Assembly (NCBI GenBank): GCA_025201805.1
Contig: MU619283.1
Coordinates: forward strand, 39,381 to 103,380
From: Parasitella parasitica NRRL 2501
Taxonomy: Eukaryota > Fungi > Mucoromycota
Reading direction: 5' to 3'
Length of the DNA stretch: 64,000 bases
Both the position numbers and the translations under genes were made by a program. Below, piece by piece: positions 13,975 to 26,172 of this stretch (the stretch's first letter is position 1; each line of letters starts with the position of its first letter). Under the pieces are notes generated by a model that was not told the DNA's origin, did not search any database, and saw only the letters and a program-made list of their open reading frames with translations.

Positions 13975-14991
13975 GTTATTTTTTTAAAAAAATAAAATAT
14001 AAAAATAAAGTAATAATGGGTAATGAAAGAAAGAAAGGGATTAAACGGAAAGTTACAGCCTGTATTTATACAGAATATCATTTTTATTTGGCTAAAATTG
14101 GATCTGGTTTATTTATAAAACTTTCTTGGCGCCTTATCCGAAATGGGGTACTATTGTAATCACGTATCAGGCTTTATCAGCCACATTCAAGTGGTTTCTG
14201 TACTACGAAACCCGAGTTTGCTCAAAAAAAAAAAAAAAAAAAAAAAGTATTTAGCCTTATTGTTTATATCACACGTTGACAGAACTGGGTATCGCTTGGT
14301 TGGCTGGGCAAGGTAAGGGCAAGAAGAATAAAAGCTTGAGCTGCCTCAAGCCGATAAAAAAGGGCTAGCGAAAATGCCAAGGAGAAAAGTCTACTAATAA
14401 CGGATGCAATAGCAAAATTGTTGAACATCACTCATCGAACTGCGCCTACCCGAGGCACGATAAAAGATGAGGTATCAAATCTTGGGTATTATAATTATAA
14501 ACTCCCATCCATCAGTATAAATGTCAAGGTACGGCAACTGGGCACATAGAAAAGCATAGGCTGCATAATACTGAATGCGTCCAGAGTATATCTGCCACGT
14601 TCAAAGTAATCGCAGTTACAGAAATTATCTTCAGCCACTAAAATTTAGTAATCCCCCAGGCACACTAAGCTACAGTATGTACTTCATTTAGCATGTACAA
14701 ATACTAATATGCAAGGTTTAAAATGTAATTTTCAGAAGGAGAGTTCCACCGTAGAAAATGGAGTATTTACAACAATATTATACGATACAAGTGGATTAAA
14801 GTATTGACATGGCCGAGTAAACATAAACATGCATGCGATTGAGCGATGCAAGAAACATTGGTTGCTTATTCAAGCTTGCATTAATAAAGCATAGCCGGTC
14901 CCTGTTTGCCGGCGAAGCCACCCATCATTGTGGTTTTTTTTTTTTTTTTTTTGAGAATCAAGATTTTTCATTTTGACATTTCTTTACAATA

Positions 14992-16647
14992 ATGGTTGCA
15001 GCAGCAGTTGTCGAAACTAAAAAACGTAAGCGCTCTCATGCTGATAAAAGAGCCAGCAAAAAGCAGCAAGAAGTAAGAAAGGGTGAGGGTAAGCCAGCCA
15101 AAGAAGATGATGTTGATGAAGACGTCGAGCAAGAAATGCCTGCTGAAGGTACACACATATAGGAAAGCTGTCTAAACACGCACTAACATGTTTAATATAG
15201 CTGCTGAAGAAGTCATTAACTTTGATTTCGAAAGCCTTGATTGTAGTGAAAATACCAAGAAGGCTGTCAAAGATATGGGCTTTACTCAAATGACTGAAGT
15301 CCAGGCCAAAACCATCCCTCCTCTCTTGAAAGGTAGAGATGTTTTGGGAGCTGCCAAGACTGGATCGGGCAAGACAGTTGCATTTATGATTCCTGCCATT
15401 GAGCTATTGCTTCGCAACAATTTTAAGCCTAGAAATGGTACTGGTGTGATTATTGTTTCTCCCACTCGTGAATTAGCTATTCAAATATACGGCGTTGCAG
15501 AGGAATTATGTAAGTACCATAATCAAATCACTCATGGCCTTGTTATCGGTGGATCCAACAGAAAGGCAGAGACAGACAAATTGGTGAAGGGAGTAAACTT
15601 GTTGGTTGCTACACCTGGCAGGCTTTTGGATCATTTACAAAACTCACAAGGATTTGTGTTCAAAAACCTGCAGACACTGGTGATTGATGAAGCTGATCGT
15701 ATTTTGGACATTGGTTTTGAGGAAGAGATGAAGCAGATTGTAAAAATTTTACCCAAAGAGCGTCAAAGCATGCTTTTCTCTGCCACACAAACTACCAAAG
15801 TGTCGGATCTTGCTCGCATATCACTCAAGGCTGGACCTCTTTACATTAACGTCGATGAGAAGAAGGAAGCGTCAACAGCAGATGGATTGGAACAAGGCTT
15901 TGTCGTAGTCGAAGCAGATAAAAAGTTCTTGCTACTGTTTACTTTTCTTCGCAAGAACCAAAAGAAGAAAGTTATTGTCTTCTTCTCCAACTGCAACGCT
16001 GTCAAGTACTATTCCGAACTTTTAAATTATATCGATGTGCCAGTATTGGAGCTACACGGCCGCCAAAAGCAGCAAAAGCGTACATCCACCTTTTTTGAAT
16101 TCTCGCAGGCAGAACGTGGTATCTTGTTGTGTACAGATGTTGCTGCTAGAGGTCTAGATATCCCCGCTGTCGATTGGATTGTTCAATATGATCCTCCAGA
16201 TGATACTCGTGACTACATTCACCGTGTTGGAAGAACTGCTCGCGCTGGCGGAAAGGGTAAGGGGTTATTATTTTTACTGCCAAGTGAAGCTGGCCTCTTG
16301 AAATTCCTTAAAGAGGCCAAAGTTCCTTTGAACGAATATCAATTTCCTGATAACAAAATTACCAATGTACAGAGCCAGGTAAATTGAGACAAGGCTCCCT
16401 TCTTTAAATTGGTTTTTGGATGTTTGCTAACACAATCTTTCTTGAATAGCTCGAGAAACTAATCGAAAAGAACTTTTATCTCAACCAATCTGCTCGTGAT
16501 GCTTTTAGATCTTACTTGCAAGCCTATGCTACATATCATCTAAAACACATTTTCAATGTTGATAATCTTGATCTCACAAAGATTGCTAAATCGTTTGGTT
16601 TCAAGGTCCCTCCAAAAGTCAATTTGGCAATCTCTAGTTCTAAATAA
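14992..16647 (+). CDS. HAS1: ATP-dependent DEAD-box RNA helicase HAS1/DDX18, 3 exons
   Basis: Motifs [21 protein letters not shown] and [10 protein letters not shown]; HAS1-specific LEQG, YDPPDD and C-terminal [14 protein letters not shown]. Confidence 0.95.
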
Positions 16648-17187
16648 TTTGCATTGCTTTCCTTGTCATTTGTTTCAGGAAAATGAGAAAAAGTTTCAAA
16701 TTACTGAGAAGGTATATTTTGTCACTTTGATAAATTGAATGTCCTGTAACCAATAAATAAATGTCACTAATAGACCAATTCATGTATTAAACCGATTTTC
16801 ATCTGCTTTTGTTTACCTATTTTCTTTATGCATACATTATGTCTAATAATTTTGTCCTTTTGAAATATGAGAAATGTCACTAAAAAAGTTGATATAACTA
16901 CAGAATGTTCGTCTCTACTTTGGACTTTGAAAATTAGAACTTGAAAAAGTATGGTTTGTCTAGAAAGCAGTATAAAGTTGCCAGAGAAAGCTTTGCTGCA
17001 AAAGGCTTTGTTTTTTCTAGCGCTTTCTTATACCTTCAGTTGATCTGGCGTCTTCCAGTGTGGAAGGTCTTGTCAGACAAGTACCAAGCTGGGTTCTCTA
17101 TATCCAGTTGCACAGTAGAACAGCTAGTCAAACCTGTGCTATCTTTTCCATAATATTGAAATGGTTCAAAAAGTGCGCGTCTTTGTA

Positions 17188-18662
17188 AAGCTTTAGCGCC
17201 TGTTTTTTTTTTTTTTGGTCTAAGCGATTTTCAGTGTGTTGTTATTTGTCAGAAAAAAAGCAGAAACAGTAAGAAAACAATTTTCAGCGATCACAAAACA
17301 CAAAAAAGTAATGCATTAGACTAGAAGGCATCTTTTTATTATATATTTGCATAGCTTTGGAGTAAGTTTTTGCACTTTTTAAGTGGACATCAAATCAAGG
17401 TAGCGGCTTTTCTAACTTTTTTCAGAGGAGTATTTTTCAAAATCGGAGCGTGAGATCGTCAGACCAGGTTCAGACATGCAAGTACTACCATTGGAAAGCC
17501 AAGGAGCACACCATTTAAATAAATTAGGCCTCAATTGTTTTTCTTTTGAACTGGGCAAGCTATGGCTTCTCAAAGCTAATGCTTTCTTCAAAAAACACCA
17601 TTTATCTTTAATAGCGGATATTAAACACTTCCAAAATCAGGAAAAACAAATTCTTTCAGAAACTCCATTTGGACAATTCGAAACCAAAATTACTCTTTTG
17701 AGGCAAAACATCATCCTCTGATACTATGCGTATCATGGCTATCAGTCTATGATATTAGCTGTATTTTTGGGCGCTCTACACCATGGTATCATTTCATAAT
17801 CTCAGTATGCTTATGGAAGAAATTCTGCAGAGAAAACCTTGAAAACAGATTGAGAGGGAAAAGTCAACATTTTGCTTAATCAGAGCGTATTTTCAGTCTT
17901 TCAGATCAAGGAATGGTCTTTTACGATCATTTTCCTCTAATATATGCCCTAGTAAAAAGTTGCGTTTTTGATGTCAAAATCGAGGATAATGCGTAATCGA
18001 TGATTCTGCATATGTGGATACAAGGAAAAAATCGAAAAAATCCGTCATTTTGCATCGAAAAAAAAATCATGCTTAAATTGCACCAAAATCATGTCTAATA
18101 TAGTCTTTTCCCAACGGATACAATTTTTGGTGTTTTCAAGGCACTTTTGATGATAAAATTCAATCAAAAAAATGGCACACGAAGCTAAAGTTCTTGCTTC
18201 AAGCTGTAAAAAACATCTATCTGGAGATGATATCACGTCAATATCAAGTCTAGTACACGACACAACTCTATAAAGTAAGTATTTTCGATGCCACAAGTAT
18301 ACCTTTCTTCATAGTAATATGATAAAACAGGTGTGGCTCATCGGGTTGGAAGCAAAAGAGAATAGTTAATGAATACAATGTTTTGCTGCAATAATACCTT
18401 GTTATTTATGAATAATTCATCAGTTGCTAATTACTAGTGACAGAGAAACCCTATTACCGTTGATGCTTATAACAATGCTTAATGTCAGCTCAAGAGTTCC
18501 TTTTTTTGTGATATTATGCTAAGCATGCAAAATAGAAAGTAAAGTACATGTTAGGATTGAGGTCGAGGGTAATTTTACCAACAAAAGATAAGCTTCATAA
18601 TAAGCTTCTGGTAGATTTCAACTTCCAGGTTCCAGGTTCCAAGCTCCAGGCACTGTACTGTA
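17188..18662 (-). repeat. ~1.5-kb dispersed repeat, copy 1 (inverted relative to 39306-40809); probable non-autonomous DNA transposon arm
   Basis: Collinear reverse-complement match from AAGCTTTAGCGCC to CACTGTACTGTA. About 90-95% identity in the segments compared by eye, with small indels. Inner end reads TA-CAGTACAGTG. Confidence 0.92.
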
Positions 18663-18819
18663 TACCGTACTAAATATAAATGCTTACTAAAAAAAATTAC
18701 TCTACATCTACAAGCTAGACAGCGAAACGCATCAACTTGCTGTCCGTAACAAGAATGCCGCCAAAAAAGTAAATAAACTGGGAACATTTGCTTAAATAAG
18801 CAGATTTTGCAAATTATTA

Positions 18820-19105
18820 CACTACGCAATCCTTTTTGTCCGGCCAGCAAGTATAAAAAGTCAGGCCGACTTAAAATATGTCAATTTTGAGTCGGGTGTG
18901 ATTGTGTGCGAAAAATATGTTTTTGGTTAATGTCCCTGATCGAGAAAATAGGTTGTCGCTCGACAAGAAAATAGAGTGTCTTTGTCCTCTTTGTGAGCGA
19001 CAAATCATTTTCATGGCAAACGACACTTTATTTCTGAGGCAACGAATATTCTTAATTCTGGGTCAGCGATACCAAATTTGCCGACAAAATATACCGGAAA
19101 TAGTG
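18820..19105. mobile_element. CACTA (En/Spm)-like MITE
   Basis: Termini CACTA...TAGTG flanked by TA on both sides. Imperfect TIR extension TTTTGTC(C)GGC/GCCGACAAAA. Multiple internal inverted CGACA/TGTCG subterminal motifs. Confidence 0.6.
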
Positions 19106-19235
19106 TACATCTTACTAACAAGGTGGTGATTGGTGGGTCAGATTACGGTGCGGGGACGACGGATTCACTTTACATGTTGGAACCAGCCCTGTATTAAAAA
19201 AAAAAAAACCGCAAGCTCTTTTTCTACTTATACTA

Positions 19236-20751
19236 ATGTCATCTAAATTCTTGTTTTCTAAGCTTCCTAAACCCTTGTTGGGTATCAACAGAAGCATGAT
19301 GGTAAAGGAAGCGATAAATGGCAAAACCACAATAGAGAGAAAACTAACATATTTTGCCATTTTTAGTACCGTCGTAGCCTTGCTACGGCAACTAACATGC
19401 TTCCTACTCTACGCAAAACCATTCTGCCTAATGGATTTACTGTTGCTACTGAAGAGAATCCTGCATCTCAAACAGCGACTGTTGGGGTTTGGATTGATGC
19501 AGGCTCTCGTGCAGAAAATGAAAAGAACAATGGCGCTGCTCATTTCTTGGAGCACATGGCATTCAAGGTAGGCTTTTGTGCTAGTATTTTTTTTTTTTTT
19601 GGTTTTTGTTTGACTGACATCTACTGCAGGGCACTAAATCCAGAACTCAAAGAGATTTAGAGCTTCAGATTGAGAATATGGGAGGACATTTAAACGCATA
19701 CACCTCTCGCGAACAAACAGTGTATTATGCTAAAGCATTCAAGTACGATGTACCTCAAGCAGTTGAGATTCTCTCCGACATTCTGCAGCACTCGACCTTG
19801 GATCCTGGCGCGATTGAAAGAGAGCGTGATGTTATCCTCAGAGAGCAAGAGGAGGTCGAGAAGCAAATGGAGGAAGTTGTATTTGATCATCTGCACGCAG
19901 CGGCATTCAAGGATGAACCATTGGGATTGACGATTTTGGGCCCCAAGGAAAACATTCAATCACTCACAAGAGACGACCTCTCCAATTATATCAAAGCCAA
20001 CTATACCGGCGAGCGAATGATATTGGTTGGTTCTGGTGGCATTGACCATGATGCGCTGGTTCGACTTGCTGAAACTCATTTTGGCCGTTTGCCAAACAAA
20101 CTAGATGCCTCGACGAGCAAAAGTGCCATGAAAAAGGCAGTGTTCACAGGCGCGGACTTTAGAATCGACAATGGCAATGCTCAGAAGGCGCACATCGCAG
20201 TGGCAGTAGAAGGAGCCAGCTGGACCTCGCCCGATTACTTTCCCTTGTTGGTCATGCAATCTATTATTGGATCCTGGGATCGCTCGTTGGGAGCTACTGG
20301 CCATATGGACTCACGCTTATCGTCCGTTTTACACAACAAGCAATTGGCCAATTCTTTCATGTCATTCAACACATCGTACAAAGACACTGGTCTCTGGGGC
20401 ATCTACCTGATAACAGAAGACATGGAGCGCATTGACGAACTGCTTAAATCCACCAAGAACGAATGGAGCCGCTTATCAACCTCCGTAACAGACGAAGAAG
20501 TCCAACGCGCTAAACAACAATTGAAAGCTGGTCTGTTGTTAAGTTTAGATGGAAGCACACCTATTGCAGAAGACATTGGCCGACAATTATTGACTTCTGG
20601 CGATCGCATGTCACCAAAGCAGGTTGAGGAACTAGTCGCCAAGGTGAGAGTTGAAGATGTGCGACGAGTGGCTCGAGATTATTTGCAGCGCGATGCAGCT
20701 GTTGTTGGTATTGGTGCCGTTGATAAAATGCCAAACTTTAATCATATATAA
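19236..20751 (+). CDS. MAS1: Mitochondrial processing peptidase beta / bc1 Core-1 protein (M16 family), 3 exons
   Basis: Basic presequence, [15 protein letters not shown], zinc motif [42 protein letters not shown]. Confidence 0.93.
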
Positions 20752-21795
20752 AAAGCTTAAATAAAATACTCTAATATGTAGACTATGTAATAAACATGCG
20801 TCCGGTTCAAACCTTGTTAATGGTTCAACTACGGTACAACTTTATGCCAGAAACCGCAGCTCGATCTTGGGAGCTCCAAAATGAACAAATATGTGTACTG
20901 TCCATATGCATACATTGCTTTTCGAACGAAACGCTTGCCTGGCTGAACTAGAGCTGATTTTTGTCCACAACAAGACTGTTTGTGCGTCGTTTTCTGGTTT
21001 GCAGTGCTATTGTCCGTGCTTTCCCTGACCTTGCGCATAACTCGTCTCTTTAGCATCTATATATATCCAATTTGTAATACATTGAGGGTGCTGGCGTCTT
21101 TGCTCTGGTTCTTGTGCCAAAGACCAACAAGCATTTGAAATCTATTGTTATCAAAGACAACAATGGAAGTTGTGTATATTTATATACATTTGCACGTTTT
21201 GCAATGAATTTTAATTTAACACAATTACAGATTTTCCTTGATGGCTGTCGAAGTTTGACATATCATCAAAAATATAGTGCTGCCACTAGTTTTTTCTCGC
21301 CTACGACAGAGAGCCGTGATTATAGTTGGAACAAAGAACAGATGGCGCAGAGATTTCAACGTGAATTGTATCTGCCATCAGACAAAAAGAGATTATCTAG
21401 ATTTTGCAACCTCATTCGTCTTGTTATCGGGTGGTGTATAGTGGTATTGTATTTCTCGTAAACAAATACCATTTGCGCATACAAAACCCTTTGCCATCAA
21501 GCACTTGATGACGATCAAAGCTCACAAAATGAATGTGATACCAACTACTATTTATTCAGTTGTGCAACAAAGAGAAAGCAGCAGCTCTTTCAGACGCCAT
21601 AACTTGATAAGAATTGACGTTGTTGCACAAATTCATGAAGCAATGCACTGACAATGTCTTTGGTGAACAAAACAATACTGGTTTACGGATAGCCAAACAT
21701 TAATTGTGTTGCTATGAATTGAGAATATATACATATATATATGTGTGTGTGTGTGCAGTTCCCACGGTCCTTTTTTCAGTAATTTATTCATACAC

Positions 21796-23231
21796 ATGTC
21801 AGAAAGGTATCCTACAAATGCAGTAGCATTTAATACAATGGAGCCAAAAGTAACTAGTGCTCAATCAAACGCATCACAAAAGGGGGCCATCTATTCTAAC
21901 CCCTCAGAACAATTTCCTGCTACTGAAGAAACATCCATTCCTGGATCATCAGAAGCAGAAGCACCGATGGTGCCATCCACCACAGTGACAGCTGTGGAGG
22001 CTACGCTTGCCGAAGTGACTCAAAGTCCGTCCTATGCCACGACAACTCAAGTCTCCACTGCTAATATAGATGCCGCCACTACTGGGGACACCCAAATCCA
22101 CGCCGCCACTACACATGCACCTAAAATCGATCATCAACAAATGGCCCCAAGCTGCCAACCAACGGCTGGTATTCAGAGTATTGTTTCGAATCCAATGCCA
22201 ATAACGACCGAAACTTCAATAACTCCTGCTACTTTTCTTATCAACAATCCAGTCTCGACACCGCTTTGTATCTCAAACAGTTTTGCAGCAACCACTTCTT
22301 CTAATGCTTGTTTATCCACATCAGAAGAAGCTGCAGCTGCTAAAGTCGCTGTGGGCCAGATGGCCGCTATTGTAGTAGCCCTACTGGGAGTGTTCGGTAT
22401 TTTTGTTGCATGTATCCTAGTTAAGAAGCGCAAGCGAACCAAAAAAAAAAAAAAAAAGGAACAGTATCACCCGTTTTTCTACATGAATGAACCCACGGAC
22501 CAACAAGAGACAAGCCTAAGCAGCGAAACGTTTGTTCATCGCAGCAACGAAGCACTGTGTCAATTTTATGAAAATGAGCGGCCTGCACCCAATCAAACAA
22601 GCGATTTGAGCGAAAATGTGTGTGATGGCAACGTATTTTACAACAACAGCACATCCTATCACCGCAGTAATAGTGTCGTGAGCCATCATGAGATCCATAA
22701 AGCATTGACAGTGATCACAAGTCCTGCGGAATCGCATCAGCGTCACACGACCTCGCTTCTTGGTAAAGCAAACATGGATCCTATTATGACTGTTGAGGTA
22801 AATTTATTACATGCTTTTTGATGTCAGGGTATAATGTGGTCACCCATGTGTGGTAGACTACTACGTCGCTGCATCCTCATAATAAGCAAACTGGAGGCAG
22901 TGAATTGAACAAGCAACGATTGTCTACAGACGCTGACGCTGTCGCTGACAGCTATACTCTGTCAGCAATGCGACTATTTCACTCCTGTGCCAGCAGAAAC
23001 ACGGTCATGGCAGCACAATCTATGTCTCCTGCGAGTCCTTTCGCAAGCAGCAGCGTGAGGCAGCAGTACTGGCCGTCGTTGCATGATTCAATATTTTGGG
23101 CCAGTCAAGGTAACTGCAGTGCGGACGTTTTTAGTATGTACAATTCAATCTCTACCAACGAATCAAGAAGCACGATTCTCGCGCCATCGTCGACAAGAAA
23201 GCTCGCTGGATTCGCATTTTCCGTCTCATAA
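21796..23231 (+). CDS. Single-pass membrane protein with Ser/Thr-rich ectodomain (cell-surface sensor-like), 2 exons
   Basis: S/T/P-rich N-terminal ~190 aa, TM AAIVVALLGVFGIFVACILV, polybasic KKRKRTKKKKKK. Intron ~22798-22856 joins ORF 22905-23231. Confidence 0.7.
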
Positions 23232-23449
23232 CATGTCATTTGGGAGGATAATTTGAGTTGAGAAAATTGTACATGTAGTATATCAATAAAAATTGAAAAA
23301 AGGGAGATGAAATCGAACTCTATTACAATGAAAAATGCGTGGAGAATTAGAGAGGAGAGGGTAAGGGGCGCCTCCTGCAAAATGTAGATTAATGTGAAAT
23401 TTAATCTTTGTTCTTCTTGCGTAAAATAAAAGTAATTCAACCTACAATA

Positions 23450-24043
23450 ATGCAGCAAGATCTACAAGACCAGGAAAAGGTGAAAACAGTTGTCAACGGA
23501 CTATTTGATCAAGTTACAGACTTGGTAAACGAGTCAAAGCAATGGCCAGTGATTTATAGGCACAGCTACAGTACATTTTTTCAACGGTCAAGCACACACG
23601 CTGCAGATCAAGTCACTTTTGATCAATTACGTTCATTTGCTCCATCTCAATCACAGCTTCAATGAAACCAAATACATAACGCAACTGACAGATGCCATTT
23701 TGTTGCGAAAAATAAATGATGAAGCAGACTTGATTTGGCTCGGTTTTAAAACGCTCGTGCCTTGTTCCAATCGAGAATTCGTTGAGCTAGTAGCTACTCG
23801 AAAGCATGGCAGGTCCTTCATGGCAGTGAGTCAGCCTTTCGAATACCACAGCAAAAAAGAAAGGGCCATGTGCGTGGTGCTTATAAAGCTTGGGAGTTGG
23901 TCAATGAAATCGAAAATGAAAAGGGAGAGAAGATGGTCGAATGGACCTGTTTCCAACATTCATCAGTAGGTGGGTTAATACCTAGTTTCATATCTGATTT
24001 GATTACAGCCATTTATGTTAAATGCATTATTAAATATAAATAG
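23450..24043 (+). pseudogene. START-like (DUF3074-type) lipid-binding protein with two frameshifts
   Basis: TFDQLRS/LLHLNHSFNETKYI...SNREFVELV...FMAVSQP / GHVRGAYKAWELV..VEWTCFQHSSVGGLIP can be read only by shifting frame at ~23638 and back at ~23860. Confidence 0.7.
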
Positions 24044-24089
24044 GAAAGAAATGGTATTAATTTTATAAATATATAGAAAATAAAGAAAG

Positions 24090-24782
24090 CTACGCATCCC
24101 TATGCGGTTGCTGGTAGTATGTTGGTATTAAGTTGGCTGTGTTTGTTGTAGTGGTATTTCCATTTGCAGTTATATTGTTGTTACTACTAGGCAAATCTCC
24201 CCATCTCATTCTGTACATTTCCAGCATATTCTCAAGCTCTTGCACTCGCTGCTGATACTGGTTGACTTTGCCATGTAATAGTCGTATATGGTCCACTGAT
24301 TTGCGCAGTATGGTCCCCTTGTTGTTTTTGCTAGCGTCTCGTTCGGGTAAGAGAGTGGATAGTTCAAATATACGTTCGTTGATGTTATCTCTTCTTCTGC
24401 GTTCAACTGCATTATGTGATTCTCGTCTTCTTCTCTTTTTCTCAAACATTTGTTGCATGCTTGATAGAAACAATAATAATAATAATAAAAAAAAAAAGTG
24501 TTACTACCCTCTCCTATTTATCACGTGTATGTGATTCTTTTGCGTTCTGATTGAAATGCATGAATGTGTATGTATGGGTAGTAGTACTTACTGTCTCTGT
24601 TGTAGTTCCTCATCAATATGGTCAATGGATGAAGGAGACACGTTGGACTTGGCATTGTAGTCTACATTTGTCGCTGGAGCTCCATTTGCCGTTGTTTGAT
24701 AGTACATGTCTTTTTGATTGCTACTGTTGTTATTGTTTGTCATTTGTTTGTAACCAGGTGTGGGTGTTGTATCATAATTCAT
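24090..24782 (-). CDS. bHLH-ZIP transcription factor (MITF/TFE/Rtg3-like), 2 coding exons
   Basis: KKRRRRESHNAVERRRRDNINERIFELSTLLP...NKGTILRKSVDHIRLL followed by a zipper. Probable 5'-UTR intron ~24793-24864. Confidence 0.92.
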
Positions 24783-24990
24783 GTTTCCCGGCTATTATAA
24801 GACATAAGACAAGATCAGTCTTTTTGATTTCGATACGAAACAACATTTATACACTATATAGTACCTGCGTTTGTCTGTGCGAATAAGAATATAGGAGTAA
24901 ATAAGAATGTCGAATGAAAAGAAAGAGAGAAAGAAAGAGGAAAAAAGAGAAAGTGGTACTTTATTATTTTATATTGAAATGACGTTGTTG

Positions 24991-26172
24991 CTATTGTGAT
25001 ACATTTGATGTTGGTTCACGAGAAAATTCATAATATCTAAATCGAACAATTCCTTCTTCTTCCTCTCTATCACTATCTTGAGTTTTTCTTATAAAGAACC
25101 CCAACGACCTCATTTTGGCTTCAAAATGATTCACTTCTTGCCAATGGGTTTCTCTCAATGGAATCATAAAGTAAAAGTCCTTCTTCAGCAGCTTTTCAAC
25201 AGCCATCGGAAGGTGCTCGGCATGTTCCATCTCATAGAGCAGATCGCTGGCAATGACAACGTCAAACTTTTGATTATGCCATTCATCACATTCACCTTTG
25301 GCTACCTTGATAAAGTCGAGTTTGGAAACTTTGGCTCGAGATTGATTCAATTCAACATTGTACGCCACGTTCTCGAGCACACGAGGATGATAATCTGTCA
25401 CATGGACCTCGCTAGCTCCCAAGTGATCACATATCAAACCTACCATTCCTGTACCTGTGCCTAATTCAAGTACACGGCAATCGGAAATGTCGGGTATAAT
25501 ATTTTGTTGTAGCAGCTTCCTGTAAGAATCCCCATTGTGAATATCTCATTATGATATAATTAGAAAAGAAAAAAGAACCCTTACTTCGCCATCATAGGTG
25601 CTGCTCCCCATGTTTTAGCCCCAAGACCATTGCCAATATAGCCTGGCTCATGGAGAGGAACAAGTAGCTCTTGTCGTACACCATCAGAATTCAGGTACGG
25701 AATGTGCCACGTGCGGGTAATTGCGCCTGCAGCTTAGTTAAACGTATATTGATTGGTTAATCAGGCAACAGAAAATATTGTTTGTTATCAAACCTTGTCT
25801 GCCAGACATGTGTGCAATTAACCGACCAGCCTTATTAATTCTCTCATCATCCTTGCCATCCTCAAATAGCATCTCTGAAGAGATAAGCTTCACCAAGATG
25901 AAATTAGAATATTTTCTGGCTGTTTTGATATCGTTGGGATGAACAATGTATTGTTTATACTCTTCTTCTTCAATTTCATCATGGTCTATATCTCCAAAAC
26001 TCATAAAAAGGTGAGCAGAGAGTCCTATCAACTCTTCAAGCGCATCCAACAGACGATCAATGTAATCTCTTGCTGTATTGCCTTTCGTTTTTGCAGAAGA
26101 TATGGCTAAATTTGAAAGATCTTCGATTCGTTCTAACAAAATATCCGGATTTGTTATCTTGATCGTTGCCAT
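24991..26172 (-). CDS. Protein-lysine methyltransferase, Methyltransf_16 family (Efm2-like), 3 exons
   Basis: LHEPGYIGNGLGAKTWGAA, VLELGTGTGMVGL (SAM motif I), VTDYHP, FDVVIASDLLYE. Confidence 0.88.

Noticed and set aside
14354-14480. AAAAAAGGGCT resembling the 5' end of U11 snRNA, and U12-type introns generally
   Set aside because: No Sm site or conserved stem-loop follows. All introns I reconstructed have U2-type GT-AG signals, with no GTATCCTT/ATATCCTT donors.
17188-18662. RIP-like mutation between the two repeat copies
   Set aside because: Differences in the segments compared include many transversions and indels rather than directional C-to-T changes.
20780-21700. Coding-like but stop-ridden tracts here and at ~29350-29600, ~31900-32250 and ~62270-63270
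   Set aside because: Probably decayed gene or TE fragments, but no recognisable motif supports a call.
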